From Candidatus Nanohaloarchaea archaeon (GTDB lineage: Archaea > Nanohalarchaeota > Nanosalinia > Nanosalinales > Nanosalinaceae): a stretch of DNA of 64,000 bases. Shown one piece after another: positions 1 through 8,426 of this stretch; the stretch's first letter is position 1; the number at the start of each line of letters is the position of its first letter. The notes under the pieces are model-generated. The model ran no database searches and was not told the origin of the DNA. It saw only the letters and a program-made list of their open reading frames with translations. Where the stretch lies: the NCBI GenBank assembly GCA_042218325.1, contig JBDGRE010000010.1:1-64000 (forward strand). The letters run 5' to 3'. A program made the position numbers and the translations under genes.

Positions 1-358
1 ACTGCTCCTGCGTAACTGTTCCTTCATCCCTCATCTCTTTAAGCCTCTTCCTGATAGCGCGGATTTTCTCCATCCATTCCTGCTTGGAGTCCTTTCTCGC
101 GGTCTTCTTTCCTTTCCGGGAACCGTGGCCTTTTCTGCGGCCCTTAACCTTCTGGTTCCTGTTCTCTCTGGCGCGTCCGCGGGAGTTGCCTTTCTCGTCC
201 TTCTTCTGGATGGTTCCGCTCTCTACAAGGTTGCGGATGTCCTGGCGTGTGATGGCCTCTTCTACCTTTTCTGTTTCATCAGGGTCTATCCATACACGGT
301 TCTTCCCGACGTCCAGTACTTCGGCCGCCATCCTCTTCTGGCTCTTCAGGTCACTCAT
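1..358 (-). CDS. rpl19e: 50S ribosomal protein L19e (3' end outside window)
   Basis: Not in ORF track; ATG at 358 gives MSDLKSQKRMAAEVLDVGKNRVWIDP; follows L32e as in the canonical order. Confidence 0.95.
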   Translation of the reverse strand, partial: MSDLKSQKRMAAEVLDVGKNRVWIDPDETEKVEEAITRQDIRNLVESGTIQKKDEKGNSRGRARENRNQKVKGRRKGHGSRKGKKTARKDSKQEWMEKIRAIRKRLKEMRDEGTVTQEQ

Positions 359-701
359 CTCTATCACCTGCGTTCAGGACTTTGATTCCCTGTTCATCTG
401 CTTCTTCGAGTATCTTTTCACGTTTCCTTCCGCCGACCTTCGAGGCGATCCTTGCCGCTTCAGTCTCCGGGTCGATGTCTTTAAGGTCCGCCGTGTTGTT
501 CACGAGGACCTCGTCGTAACCGGAAGGGTGCTTGCCGCGTACCTTTCTGGAAGTCCGGTATCCTGCTTTCGGAGTGTTCGGCGCCTCCTTCTTCTGGAGT
601 CGGGCCTTGTTGTGCGTGCCTCTCGGCCTTCTCCACGAGTTCGGGATGGACTTCTTCTTGTGACTATCGCTTCTCCTGAAACCTTTCTTTTCTTTACTCA
701 C
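351..701 (-). CDS. rpl32e: 50S ribosomal protein L32e
   Basis: WRRPRGTHNKAR, GYRTS...HPSGYDEVLV motifs; likely GTG start at 701 overlapping L6 end. Confidence 0.95.
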   Translation of the reverse strand: MSKEKKGFRRSDSHKKKSIPNSWRRPRGTHNKARLQKKEAPNTPKAGYRTSRKVRGKHPSGYDEVLVNNTADLKDIDPETEAARIASKVGGRKREKILEEADEQGIKVLNAGDRDE

Positions 702-1221
702 TCGTATCACCTTCCACGATGTAGACGCCGTCCTGGAATGTTCTCGGGTCCCTGTTGCCTTTCTTGCAAGCCTGCTCGACGCGGGCCGCTGTCTGTGACA
801 TGGCCTCCTTGTCAGGGCTCCTGAGTTCGAGGTCGTCCCCGTCTATCGATACTTCGACGTTATCCATCACGTCGATGATCCGTGGATGTCTTTCACCCAT
901 GAAGTTCTCGATGTGGATCTCGTCGCCCTGCTGCTTGATAGTCATAGGGAAGTGGGCGTAGACACCCTTCAGCCTGTAGACGTGGTCCTCCTCGAGGCCT
1001 TCAAGCATGTTCCGGAGATGGCTCCGGAACGTCCCTAATATACTCTTTATTTCTTTACGGTCGCTGTCCGTCGAGAACTTTACCTCGCCGTCCCCGACTT
1101 CTACTTTTACCTGTGCATGCTCGAGCTTCTTCTCTACTTCACGGTCGTCCTTCTCGACCTTCAGGACTCCATCTTCGTACTCGGCTTCTACGCCTTCTGG
1201 TATATCGACTGTTTCTTTCAT
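694..1221 (-). CDS. rpl6: 50S ribosomal protein L6 (uL6)
   Basis: YAHFPM, NFMGERHPR, RDPRTFQDGVYI. Confidence 0.97.
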   Translation of the reverse strand: MKETVDIPEGVEAEYEDGVLKVEKDDREVEKKLEHAQVKVEVGDGEVKFSTDSDRKEIKSILGTFRSHLRNMLEGLEEDHVYRLKGVYAHFPMTIKQQGDEIHIENFMGERHPRIIDVMDNVEVSIDGDDLELRSPDKEAMSQTAARVEQACKKGNRDPRTFQDGVYIVEGDTSE

Positions 1222-1226
1222 GTGAT

Positions 1227-1616
1227 TCAGTAGACGTATCCCAGGAGCTGTCCGCCGACGCCCTCTTCCCGGGCCTCGTCGTGTGTCATGACTCCCTGTG
1301 GGGTTGTTACGATGATTTTTCCGAAGTTCCTCGCGGGCAGGTAACGCTTCGCGTACTTGGTGTACTCGTCGTTGCCCACGTAGAAGCCCGGCTTGATTGA
1401 GCTACACTTGTTGATTTCGGGCTTGACTTCTACCTTGAACTTGCCGCCCTTTCCGTCTTTTACGAGTTCGAAGACGCCGATGTAGCCCTCCTCCTGCAGC
1501 TTCCTCAGTACGTTCTTGATGAGGTTGCTTGTGGGCGAGACCTTGGCGTACTGGTTGCCTGTCCTCGCCGCGTTGTTGATGGAGGAAAGTGCGTCGCTCA
1601 GTGTATCTTGCTGCAT
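1227..1616 (-). CDS. rps8: 30S ribosomal protein S8 (uS8)
   Basis: DTLSDALSSINNA, YLPARNFG, TTPQGVMTHDEA..GVGGQLLGYVY. Confidence 0.97.
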   Translation of the reverse strand: MQQDTLSDALSSINNAARTGNQYAKVSPTSNLIKNVLRKLQEEGYIGVFELVKDGKGGKFKVEVKPEINKCSSIKPGFYVGNDEYTKYAKRYLPARNFGKIIVTTPQGVMTHDEAREEGVGGQLLGYVY

Positions 1617-1626
1617 TTTATCTACC

Positions 1627-1857
1627 TCACTTCAGCTGCTTGAAGCCGAGCTCTTCCGCAACTTCACGGAAGCACTGCCGGCAGTAGTCTAGGCCGTACT
1701 TGGAGATAACGCCTCTTCCGGTCCTGCCGCAGCGCCTGCATTCCTTCTTGGATTTTCCGTAATCCCGCTCTTTCGGGGTATTATGCTTTTCGAAGGCCTT
1801 CCTGTCGCCTTCCTTGTGCTTTATCTGGTCGAGTATATCCTCGTATCCCATTATCAT
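1627..1857 (-). CDS. rps14: 30S ribosomal protein S14 (Zn-binding)
   Basis: CRRCG...[13 protein letters not shown]. Confidence 0.95.
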   Translation of the reverse strand: MIMGYEDILDQIKHKEGDRKAFEKHNTPKERDYGKSKKECRRCGRTGRGVISKYGLDYCRQCFREVAEELGFKQLK

Positions 1858-2372
1858 TTCACCTCGGCGCCGAGCTCTTCTTCCACGAATTTTTTTGCGT
1901 CCTCGTCGTCGACACGGTGTTCCTTTCCGATACTGGATGGTTTGTGGTCCCGCTTCTTGGTGCGGTAGCCAGGTCTTTCCAGGTTGACGACGACCTCGAA
2001 GCCCCTCATACCGATGTCGCTGTCGTAGTCCACGCCCGGTACGTCGATGTATTCCGAGATGCCGAAGGCGAAGTTGCCGTTGCCGTCGAACGCATCGCCG
2101 TCGAGCTCGTTGTCCGCCGCCGGGAATACCTTCTCGAGGAAATCGCGGGCCTCTTCTCCCCTGAGTGTTACCTTTGCGCCGATTTCCAGTCCACCACGGA
2201 GGCCGAAAGTCTTCGCTCTTTCCTCCGATTCAGTCCTTACCGGCTGCTTGCCCGTCAGCTTCTCAAGCAGGTTCACGGCTTTTTCGACCTCGTTGCCGAC
2301 CTCACCTGCTCCAGCGTTGACCACTATCTTGTCGATTTCTACCTTTTTCATCCCGTGCGCTTCTGCCATCAC
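1854..2372 (-). CDS. rpl5: 50S ribosomal protein L5 (uL5)
   Basis: [34 protein letters not shown]. Confidence 0.97.
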   Translation of the reverse strand: MMAEAHGMKKVEIDKIVVNAGAGEVGNEVEKAVNLLEKLTGKQPVRTESEERAKTFGLRGGLEIGAKVTLRGEEARDFLEKVFPAADNELDGDAFDGNGNFAFGISEYIDVPGVDYDSDIGMRGFEVVVNLERPGYRTKKRDHKPSSIGKEHRVDDEDAKKFVEEELGAEVK

Positions 2373-3028
2373 TGTTCACCTACCTGGAGATTTTCGATAG
2401 CTACCAGGTTTTCGAGCTGGGTCTCTATCTCGTGCTCGTTCGAGATTACTCCCGTATCGTTGTTCATCCCTCTACGGTTGACCTGTTTTAGCTCTGCTAC
2501 TTCACCGGCGTGCTTGCCCCTGATAACGAGGACATCTGTGCCCTCCTCCAGTTCCACTTCCTTGGTGGAGGAGTTGAAGACCAGTGTGTTGCCGGTCGAG
2601 TACTCTTCCTCGCTCCTGTAGTTTTCGCCGTTGTGGAGCCTGTAAACATACTCATCGTCTTCGATGGATTTGTCGACTATCTTCGCCGCGACCCTGTCAC
2701 CGTCGGTTACTGCGACGAACTTGAGGTCGCGCCCGTCACGCAGGACACGGTAGGCCTCCTCTGTCTCGGGGATCTCTACTACGTCGAGGACTCCAACGCC
2801 CTGCCTGATATCTGTCAGGGCCTCGCCGTTCCTGAGAACCGCTCGGTTCTTGATGATTTCCTTGGCATCTTTATCGTTGTCCGCGTAACCGAATACCTCT
2901 CTTAGCAGTACTACTGCCGGGATGGCGTCTTCCGAGCTCCTCGAACCTTCTATGGTGGAAACGTATTTCCTGCCCTTTCTCTCGATAGGGTAGTGCTTCG
3001 GTGCCGGAAGTCTTTTTTGATGAGTCAC
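2369..3028 (-). CDS. rps4e: 30S ribosomal protein S4e
   Basis: HQKRLPAPKHYPIERK N-terminus, GKHAG; position between L24 and L5. Confidence 0.95.
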   Translation of the reverse strand: MTHQKRLPAPKHYPIERKGRKYVSTIEGSRSSEDAIPAVVLLREVFGYADNDKDAKEIIKNRAVLRNGEALTDIRQGVGVLDVVEIPETEEAYRVLRDGRDLKFVAVTDGDRVAAKIVDKSIEDDEYVYRLHNGENYRSEEEYSTGNTLVFNSSTKEVELEEGTDVLVIRGKHAGEVAELKQVNRRGMNNDTGVISNEHEIETQLENLVAIENLQVGEQ

Positions 3029-3030
3029 TC

Positions 3031-3078
3031 GAAAATCACCTCGTGATTTTCTGCGAGTGCTGAAAATCTTCGATTTTC
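3031..3078. repeat. Two tandem short palindromes GAAAATCAC-CTC-GTGATTTTC and GAAAATC-TTC-GATTTTC
   Basis: Perfect inverted repeats read directly in the L24-S4e spacer; the first contains the S4e SD-like GAGGTGA on the minus strand. Confidence 0.75.
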
Positions 3079-3089
3079 GCTCATATTAT

Positions 3090-3827
3090 CTATTCCTCCT
3101 CCGCCTGGCTCTCAAGCCAGTCGATAAACGTAGTACGGTTTTTGTTCTTCTTCTCGGCCTCGAGAGCGGCGCTGTAATCCGGACTTTCGAGCTCTTGGAG
3201 CTGGTCCTTGGCGTCGCTGATTGTGCCGGAGACGATGTCGTCGTAGTCAGCCGTGGCTGCTTCGGCGGTTCCGTCCTCGCTGTCTTCTTCCTCTGCTTCA
3301 GTCTCCTCCTCTTCTACTTCTTCCGTCTCGATTTCCTCGGAGGCTTCTCCGCCCTGCATCTGCTGCATCATCTCGCCTTCCTCTTCTTCCTCGAGGGCTT
3401 CTTCCATCTCTTCTTCCTCGACGCCGATCTCTTCGACGTCCGATATCTCGTATTTCTCCAGCCTGCGCTCGTCCTCGATGTTGAGCGCCTGCACCTGCAG
3501 GTTGGAAGGCCTTAGAGCTTTCTCTCTCATGGTCCCGTCGACCTTCTCGTGCTCGATACCGTCGACGTAAACTTTCTCGGAGTCCCTGTCTATGTTGCTT
3601 ACGATCCCCGAGACACCGGAGTCGTCGCCGCGCATCACCTCGACGCGGTCCCCGGTCCTCAGTGAGATCGAGCGGGTGCCGAGCTCTTCTCTCAGCTCGG
3701 GCGAAACGTTCGCGGATAAAAGCTTATCTTTCACGTGCTGCGGAGCGTTATCCCTGTACTTCCTCTGCTTCGAAGGCTTCGTGGAAGAGTTCCAGTGCCT
3801 GCTCCAGTTATCAGTATCCTGCGTCAT
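3090..3827 (-). CDS. rpl24: 50S ribosomal protein L24 (uL24) with long acidic linker and extra C-terminal domain
   Basis: SKQRKYRDNAP, GDRVEVMRGD, RPSNL; about 120 aa longer than a typical uL24. Confidence 0.95.
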   Translation of the reverse strand: MTQDTDNWSRHWNSSTKPSKQRKYRDNAPQHVKDKLLSANVSPELREELGTRSISLRTGDRVEVMRGDDSGVSGIVSNIDRDSEKVYVDGIEHEKVDGTMREKALRPSNLQVQALNIEDERRLEKYEISDVEEIGVEEEEMEEALEEEEEGEMMQQMQGGEASEEIETEEVEEEETEAEEEDSEDGTAEAATADYDDIVSGTISDAKDQLQELESPDYSAALEAEKKNKNRTTFIDWLESQAEEE

Positions 3828-3831
3828 TATT

Positions 3832-4230
3832 TCAAACCACCTGCGATGCGATCTTGCCGATAGGGGAGAAGCGCTGGACGACCTCCTTTGCGATAGGCCC
3901 TCTGGTAACGCTTCCCTTCGGCAGCATGTTCTCCTCGACCAGTACAGCGGCGTTATCCTCGAACGCGATCCTCATGCCGTTCGGTCTCTGGTACTCCTTG
4001 GCCTGCCGAACGACGACGGCGTCGAACACCTGGTGCTTCACTTCCTGGTCTCCTTTCAGGACTTTTACAGTTACGATGTCGCCGACGCCAGCCGTTTCCC
4101 GGCGGCCCCTGCGACCTTTAGTATGTTTTACTCCGATAATCTCCAGCTTCTTCGCGCCGGAGTTGTCAGCGCACGTAAGCGATGCGCCCTTGTCGAGCGT
4201 CCGTGTGATGTTCGCTCCTACAGGTTTCAC
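3832..4230 (-). CDS. rpl14: 50S ribosomal protein L14 (uL14)
   Basis: CADNSGAK, FEDNAAVLV, GPIAKEV. Confidence 0.97.
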   Translation of the reverse strand: MKPVGANITRTLDKGASLTCADNSGAKKLEIIGVKHTKGRRGRRETAGVGDIVTVKVLKGDQEVKHQVFDAVVVRQAKEYQRPNGMRIAFEDNAAVLVEENMLPKGSVTRGPIAKEVVQRFSPIGKIASQVV

Positions 4231-4547
4231 TCAGGGTTCACCTCTACCACTACGGCGCTTTTCGTCTTGGAAATCGGCCGCGTCTCGACGACCTTCACCT
4301 GGTCTCCTTTTTTGATGTCGATACAGCCTGGTACATGCACTGAGATCTTCGTGTTACGCCGCTCGTAACGCTCGTACTTCGGAACGCTTTCCGAGTACTC
4401 CCATCGAACGGTCGCGGACTTCTCCATCTTCGTGGACTGTACCTCTCCGACGAAAGTGCTGCCTCTCACAGGTAGCTCTCCGTGGAAGGGACAGTTCTTG
4501 TCCTCGCATTCCTGTTCCGGTGCCTCGACTGCAAGTCCTGGTGACAT
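4227..4547 (-). CDS. rps17: 30S ribosomal protein S17 (uS17)
   Basis: CEDKNCPFHG, KYERYERR, ETRPISKTK; ATG at 4547 with TTTAAA about 30 nt upstream. Confidence 0.95.
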   Translation of the reverse strand: MSPGLAVEAPEQECEDKNCPFHGELPVRGSTFVGEVQSTKMEKSATVRWEYSESVPKYERYERRNTKISVHVPGCIDIKKGDQVKVVETRPISKTKSAVVVEVNPE

Positions 4548-4611
4548 CGTGTATTGATTCCTCGCGACGAACTCTTTTAAACCGACTGTAGCCAAGGCTT
4601 AACTCTTACGC

Positions 4612-4790
4612 GGACACGCGGGTTTTAGTATAGACTTGCGTGCCGCTCAGAGCCTGTACGAAAGATGTTTACTCCCTGCCGGGAGGTATGAACTTTCGTA
4701 CATGCTCTCCAGAGTATCGTTCTCGGGCCCGACACCGGGACAAATGGCGTCGAACCGTCGCCCGACTCCAGGCGGTCAAAGCTCGTATCC
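4612..4790 (-). ncRNA. Candidate structured ncRNA (~179 nt, three-way junction), identity unknown
   Basis: Ends pair (GGAUACG/CGUGUCC); two long internal arms; TTTTAAAG box at 4815-4808, 25 nt upstream. Confidence 0.6.
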
Positions 4791-4839
4791 CAAGAAGTAA
4801 AAACAAACTTTAAAACGGGTGCTGCCAACTTCTGTCCTT

Positions 4840-5448
4840 TCAACCTTCCAGTTTTTCGTCTTCGGGTTCTCCGGCCTGCCGTGAAAGCTCGTTTACCCTG
4901 TTCGCCACTTCTGCCGGGTCGGGGACGTACTCCAGTTCAGCGCTGGCGGAATGGATGCCGGTGTCGATGTCAACAGTTCCCACGTCGAACAGGTTGCCGA
5001 TGAAACCTTTGCTGTATTCCGCATCGCGGATGTCCTTGAGAAGGGTCGAGTCGACTTTCTCACCCATGAACTTCCTGTACTTGATTATCCTTTCATCAGT
5101 TCCGGAGTACTGGACAGTCATCGCGAACACGGCGAGACTGCTCAGAACCATGTAGAGGATGGGTAGTAGGAAACCCACTGCTGCGCCGAGGATCGCTGTG
5201 TTCCTGCTCTGTTCTATCAGCAAGAAGGCGCCTGCAGCCGTGAGGGGCGCTACGAAAATCCCGAACAGCAACCCTACCGGGCTCTTGACGATTCCAGAGG
5301 CCGCCATCGCAAGCTTGTCAGGATTTACAGTCCACTGTATCTCCTCATCGCCATGGACGCTGTTTTCCAGCCCTTCGGAAGCTTCCGATGTCTGCATACG
5401 TTCCAGCTCTCCGGAGAAGAATTCGTCTTTTGATAGCTTAATAACCAT
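4840..5448 (-). CDS. Membrane protein with bacterial-type PH (bPH_2-like) domain
   Basis: Two hydrophobic segments, then Y..TDERII..KFMG...GNLFDVGTVDIDT pattern. Confidence 0.7.
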   Translation of the reverse strand: MVIKLSKDEFFSGELERMQTSEASEGLENSVHGDEEIQWTVNPDKLAMAASGIVKSPVGLLFGIFVAPLTAAGAFLLIEQSRNTAILGAAVGFLLPILYMVLSSLAVFAMTVQYSGTDERIIKYRKFMGEKVDSTLLKDIRDAEYSKGFIGNLFDVGTVDIDTGIHSASAELEYVPDPAEVANRVNELSRQAGEPEDEKLEG

Positions 5449-5926
5449 GGTCTGGGCCGGTCTCTATAGAGTAGTCCCGGATTTCCTCTCCGTCTTCATC
5501 GAAGTAAAATTCGGCTCTCAGTCTCTTGCCATCCAGCACGTCCGGCAGCCAGTAGGGGTCGTCCGTCCACATCTGGTCGTATGGTATATCGTCTACATCG
5601 AACCATTCCGGCCTCACCTCCTCTGTCTCCTGATGTTCTCCCTGATGGTCGTCGGAGAGGAATACGTGGACTCTCTGGAACGGGTCGCCGCCGAAGAAGA
5701 ACTCCAGTTCGGCCACCTTCTCGGGTTCTACCGGTACCGTCTCTGTCTCTTCGCGGTGTTCCCGGATAGCGGCCTCCCGGATTGTTTCGCCGTCCTCGAC
5801 CTTTCATCCCGGGCCGTTGTACTTCCCTGCGCCGTGCCCCTGTTTCTTCTCTATGAGAAGGATCTCGTCGCCTTCCAGGACGTAAGAGAGTGTCACCTCT
5901 GTCCAGTCCCCGGTCATATCTTCCAT
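5438..5926 (-). pseudogene. NUDT1/MutT-like 8-oxo-dGTPase interrupted by in-frame TGA at 5804-5806
   Basis: MEDMTGDWTEVTLSYVLEGDEILLIEKKQGHGAGKYNGPG*KVEDGETIREAAIREHREE...IPYDQMWTDDPYWLP. Confidence 0.8.
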
Positions 5927-5951
5927 AAGGCGCTGAAATCTAAAGTATCTG

Positions 5952-6236
5952 TCAGTCGGCGTACTCCCACTTGCCGGGGAGCTTCATCCCGGCGCGTTCC
6001 TCGGGCCGCTTCGCGATGAGCTCGCCGTCGACTTTCACTTTTCCTCCCGAGGGCAGGGTGAATCTGAAGATAGCGGATTTTTTCTCGACCCGCCTGTCTT
6101 CTATCCTGAGCATCGAACGGGTCTCGTCGAGCACCTCTCCCGAGATGCCTACCTGGCCCTCGTCCTCCGCCTCTACGACCTCGCATTCGAGGCCTATGAG
6201 TTCGTGCTTCGGAAGGTTTTCGGGTGTTATAGGCAT
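5952..6236 (-). CDS. rnp1: RNase P protein component 1 (Rpp29/Pop4)
   Basis: HELIGL..V, G.VLDETR, VDGELIAKRPEER. Confidence 0.92.
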   Translation of the reverse strand: MPITPENLPKHELIGLECEVVEAEDEGQVGISGEVLDETRSMLRIEDRRVEKKSAIFRFTLPSGGKVKVDGELIAKRPEERAGMKLPGKWEYAD

Positions 6237-6239
6237 CTT

Positions 6240-6497
6240 TCAGTGCTTGAAGACCTGCTTTTTTTCTTCGAGGAGTTCTAAAGTTTCCTGGTGCATCGCT
6301 TCCGGGTCCTGGCCGTGCAGGAACTCTCCGACCGCATCTATAGCGGCGAAGGCCTCTTCTCTTTTCTGCCGCGGGACCTGGGTGTAGGGACGGTCTGGAA
6401 CTTTCTCCAGGAGCTGCTCGGCCCGGTCATACGGCTGGGGGCTTTGCTCCAGGCCCCTTACGTACTGTGTCTTCAGGTATGGTGGCATCAAGCTCAA
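6240..6497 (-). CDS. Hypothetical protein
   Basis: 85-aa ORF filling the SUI1-Rpp29 gap in the operon direction. Confidence 0.55.
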   Translation of the reverse strand: MSLMPPYLKTQYVRGLEQSPQPYDRAEQLLEKVPDRPYTQVPRQKREEAFAAIDAVGEFLHGQDPEAMHQETLELLEEKKQVFKH

Positions 6498-6531
6498 GAA
6501 GGCACGTAAAAGTTATTACATGTTCGCCATC

Positions 6532-6840
6532 TCAGGCGTTGATTTCTATCTGTGACTCATCGAATCCTTCCTCTACGAGTACATCCTTGATGCGCCGTGT
6601 GTGGTCGCCCTGGAGCTGTATCTGGCCGTTCTTCGCGGTCCCCCCGCATGCCAGCTTCGACTTGAGGGTGGACGCGAGTTCACTGAGGTCGACGTCGTCG
6701 CCGAGGCCTTCTACAACGGTCATCTCCTTGCCGAACGAGCGGGTGTCGAGCTTGACCTCGATCTTCTGCTCGCCCTTGGCGATAGAATCACATACGCAAA
6801 GGTCCTCGGGCATCCCGCACTTTGGACATGTCTCTGCCAT
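6532..6840 (-). CDS. Translation initiation factor aIF1 (SUI1)
   Basis: CPKCGMPEDLCVC, LKSKLACGGT, IQLQGDH. Confidence 0.95.
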   Translation of the reverse strand: MAETCPKCGMPEDLCVCDSIAKGEQKIEVKLDTRSFGKEMTVVEGLGDDVDLSELASTLKSKLACGGTAKNGQIQLQGDHTRRIKDVLVEEGFDESQIEINA

Positions 6841-6845
6841 TACAG

Positions 6846-7043
6846 TCAGTTACGCTCGTTAAGAACAGTTTTGATGCGTGCGATGGTTTTCTTCATCTCT
6901 TTTATGCGCCCGGGGTTGTCGGCGAATCCTCCGACCTCTATCTGTCCTCTCTCCTCTACGAGTTCCTTCTGGAGGTCGGTAAGCTGCTCCTTTAGCTCGC
7001 TGTCGTCCATGTCGCGTGCGTCTTCTGCCGTCAGTATCGCCAT
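6846..7043 (-). CDS. rpl29: 50S ribosomal protein L29 (uL29)
   Basis: NPGRIKEMKKTIARIKT. Confidence 0.95.
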   Translation of the reverse strand: MAILTAEDARDMDDSELKEQLTDLQKELVEERGQIEVGGFADNPGRIKEMKKTIARIKTVLNERN

Positions 7044-7081
7044 CTCAGTATGTCACCTTACTCTTCGACCGGTTTAAAGCT

Positions 7082-7564
7082 TTACTCGCGGTTCTCCAGC
7101 CATTCCTTGAAGGTTTTCCGGTCCTTGTTATCTTTCTCTGCCTCAAGCGCCGCGTCCCAGTCAGGGTTCTCGAGCTCTTGGAGCTGGTCCTTGGCGCCGC
7201 TGATGGTGCCCGAGACGATTTCCTCGTAATCAGCTTCCGCTGTCTCTGCTTCTGTCTCTTCCTCCTCTGTGTCGGTTTCCGGCCCCTCTACCTCGGTCTC
7301 TTCTTCAACGGTTTCTTCTTCCAGTTCCTCTTCGTATTCGAACTCTTCCGTTATCTTGAGCTCGGCGCGGGAGGTGTTTTTTCCGAAGCCGGTGTAGATA
7401 CCCTCGACCTCGATAGAGTTTTCGTCTAGGTTGTTCTCGGCCGCTATCCTTGATACCACGTCTTCTCTGCTCGGTGTCGGGCTGTCCTCGTGCGTGAGAA
7501 CCACCTCTGCCTCGAACCTGTCGAGCAGCGGGTTCTCCCGTACCGAAGTGATTTCAGCTTCCAT
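7082..7564 (-). CDS. rps24e: 30S ribosomal protein S24e with acidic linker and extra C-terminal domain
   Basis: RENPLLDR, H...TPSR, TGFG; follows Spt4. Confidence 0.93.
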   Translation of the reverse strand: MEAEITSVRENPLLDRFEAEVVLTHEDSPTPSREDVVSRIAAENNLDENSIEVEGIYTGFGKNTSRAELKITEEFEYEEELEEETVEEETEVEGPETDTEEEETEAETAEADYEEIVSGTISGAKDQLQELENPDWDAALEAEKDNKDRKTFKEWLENRE

Positions 7565-7597
7565 GTTATCGTATCCTTTGCCTCTCGGTAAACCTTT

Positions 7598-7783
7598 TTA
7601 TTTGACCCTTATCGCGTAACGGCCGGGTGTTTCGATTCCCAGCTTCTCCGCTATCTCGGATTCAGGGTCGTAGATGACGACGAGGCCGTTCCACGCGTCT
7701 GAAAGATCGTTGTTCTTGCAGACCGGACACTCGTCCGCGTCCTCCACGATACGGTTGCAGTTCTTGCAAGCTCTCTCTGCCAC
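7598..7783 (-). CDS. spt4: Transcription elongation factor Spt4 (RpoE2)
   Basis: ACKNC...CPVC...W.GLVVI.DPESEIA...PGRYAIRV. Confidence 0.95.
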   Translation of the reverse strand: MAERACKNCNRIVEDADECPVCKNNDLSDAWNGLVVIYDPESEIAEKLGIETPGRYAIRVK

Positions 7784-7788
7784 TTAAA

Positions 7789-8361
7789 TCATTCCTCCCT
7801 GTCTCCCTCTTCTTCCATCTGCTCTTCCTCGTACTGCTCTATCCATTCCTGCTTCCCGAGGCCGGGCTGGCGCATCGTAAGGTTTATCTTGTTGGTCTCC
7901 TGCTTCTCGAGCGATACCGCGATTATCCTCCCGGTCACGACGTCGCCGACCTCAAGAGAGAAGTCGCGCTCGTCGGAGGTCAGCATCTCGTTCTCCTCGT
8001 CGTAGTTGACGTACTCGTCCATTATCTGGCTGACATGGCATAAACCGTCGAACGGGCCGATACGGATGAATGCGCCGAAACCGGTAAGATCGACGACCTC
8101 TCCGTTGACCACCTCGTGCAGCTCGGGCTCGTAGACTATCGCCCGGTACTCGACGTCGTAGTGGACGCCCGCGTCCTCGGGCCTGATATCTCCGCCCTCG
8201 ATGCTGTTGACTTCTTCAACTGCGACGACCACTCCTATCTCCTCGAAGATCTTTCCTTCGACCTCTTCCTGGACGCCCGCGTGGACGGACTCCTCGAGAT
8301 CTTCTCCGAGGTGCTCGGGTGGTACCCTTACGGAATCTTCTACTGTCAGCCTCTTGTACAT
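7789..8361 (-). CDS. rpoE1: RNA polymerase subunit E' (Rpo7)
   Basis: S1 domain GFGAFIRIGPFDGLCHVSQI, LTMRQPGLGK. Confidence 0.96.
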   Translation of the reverse strand: MYKRLTVEDSVRVPPEHLGEDLEESVHAGVQEEVEGKIFEEIGVVVAVEEVNSIEGGDIRPEDAGVHYDVEYRAIVYEPELHEVVNGEVVDLTGFGAFIRIGPFDGLCHVSQIMDEYVNYDEENEMLTSDERDFSLEVGDVVTGRIIAVSLEKQETNKINLTMRQPGLGKQEWIEQYEEEQMEEEGDREE

Positions 8362-8426
8362 CGTTTTATCCTCTTAGAACAAGAAGAGGATTTAACGCAA
8401 GTTTTAAATGGTGTTTCCTGTCGCCG

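Noticed and set aside
84-824. Long antisense ORFs (here and throughout, e.g. 33822-34700, 53520-54422)
   Set aside because: Shadows of high-GC coding strands; Ser-rich or aromatic-rich translations with no motifs.
4612-4790. RNase P RNA (suggested by nearby rnp1)
   Set aside because: No GAGGAAAGUCC-type CR-I paired with a CR-V; the GAAAG present is locked in a local stem.
4625-4843. 72-aa ORF over the candidate RNA
   Set aside because: Basic, non-halophilic composition; the region is better explained by RNA structure.
5804-5806. Genome-wide reassignment of TGA (to Gly) or TAA
   Set aside because: Both codons end many clearly bounded core genes here (TGA: L6, L14, rfcS; TAA: S24e, thermosome), and core genes show no internal stops.
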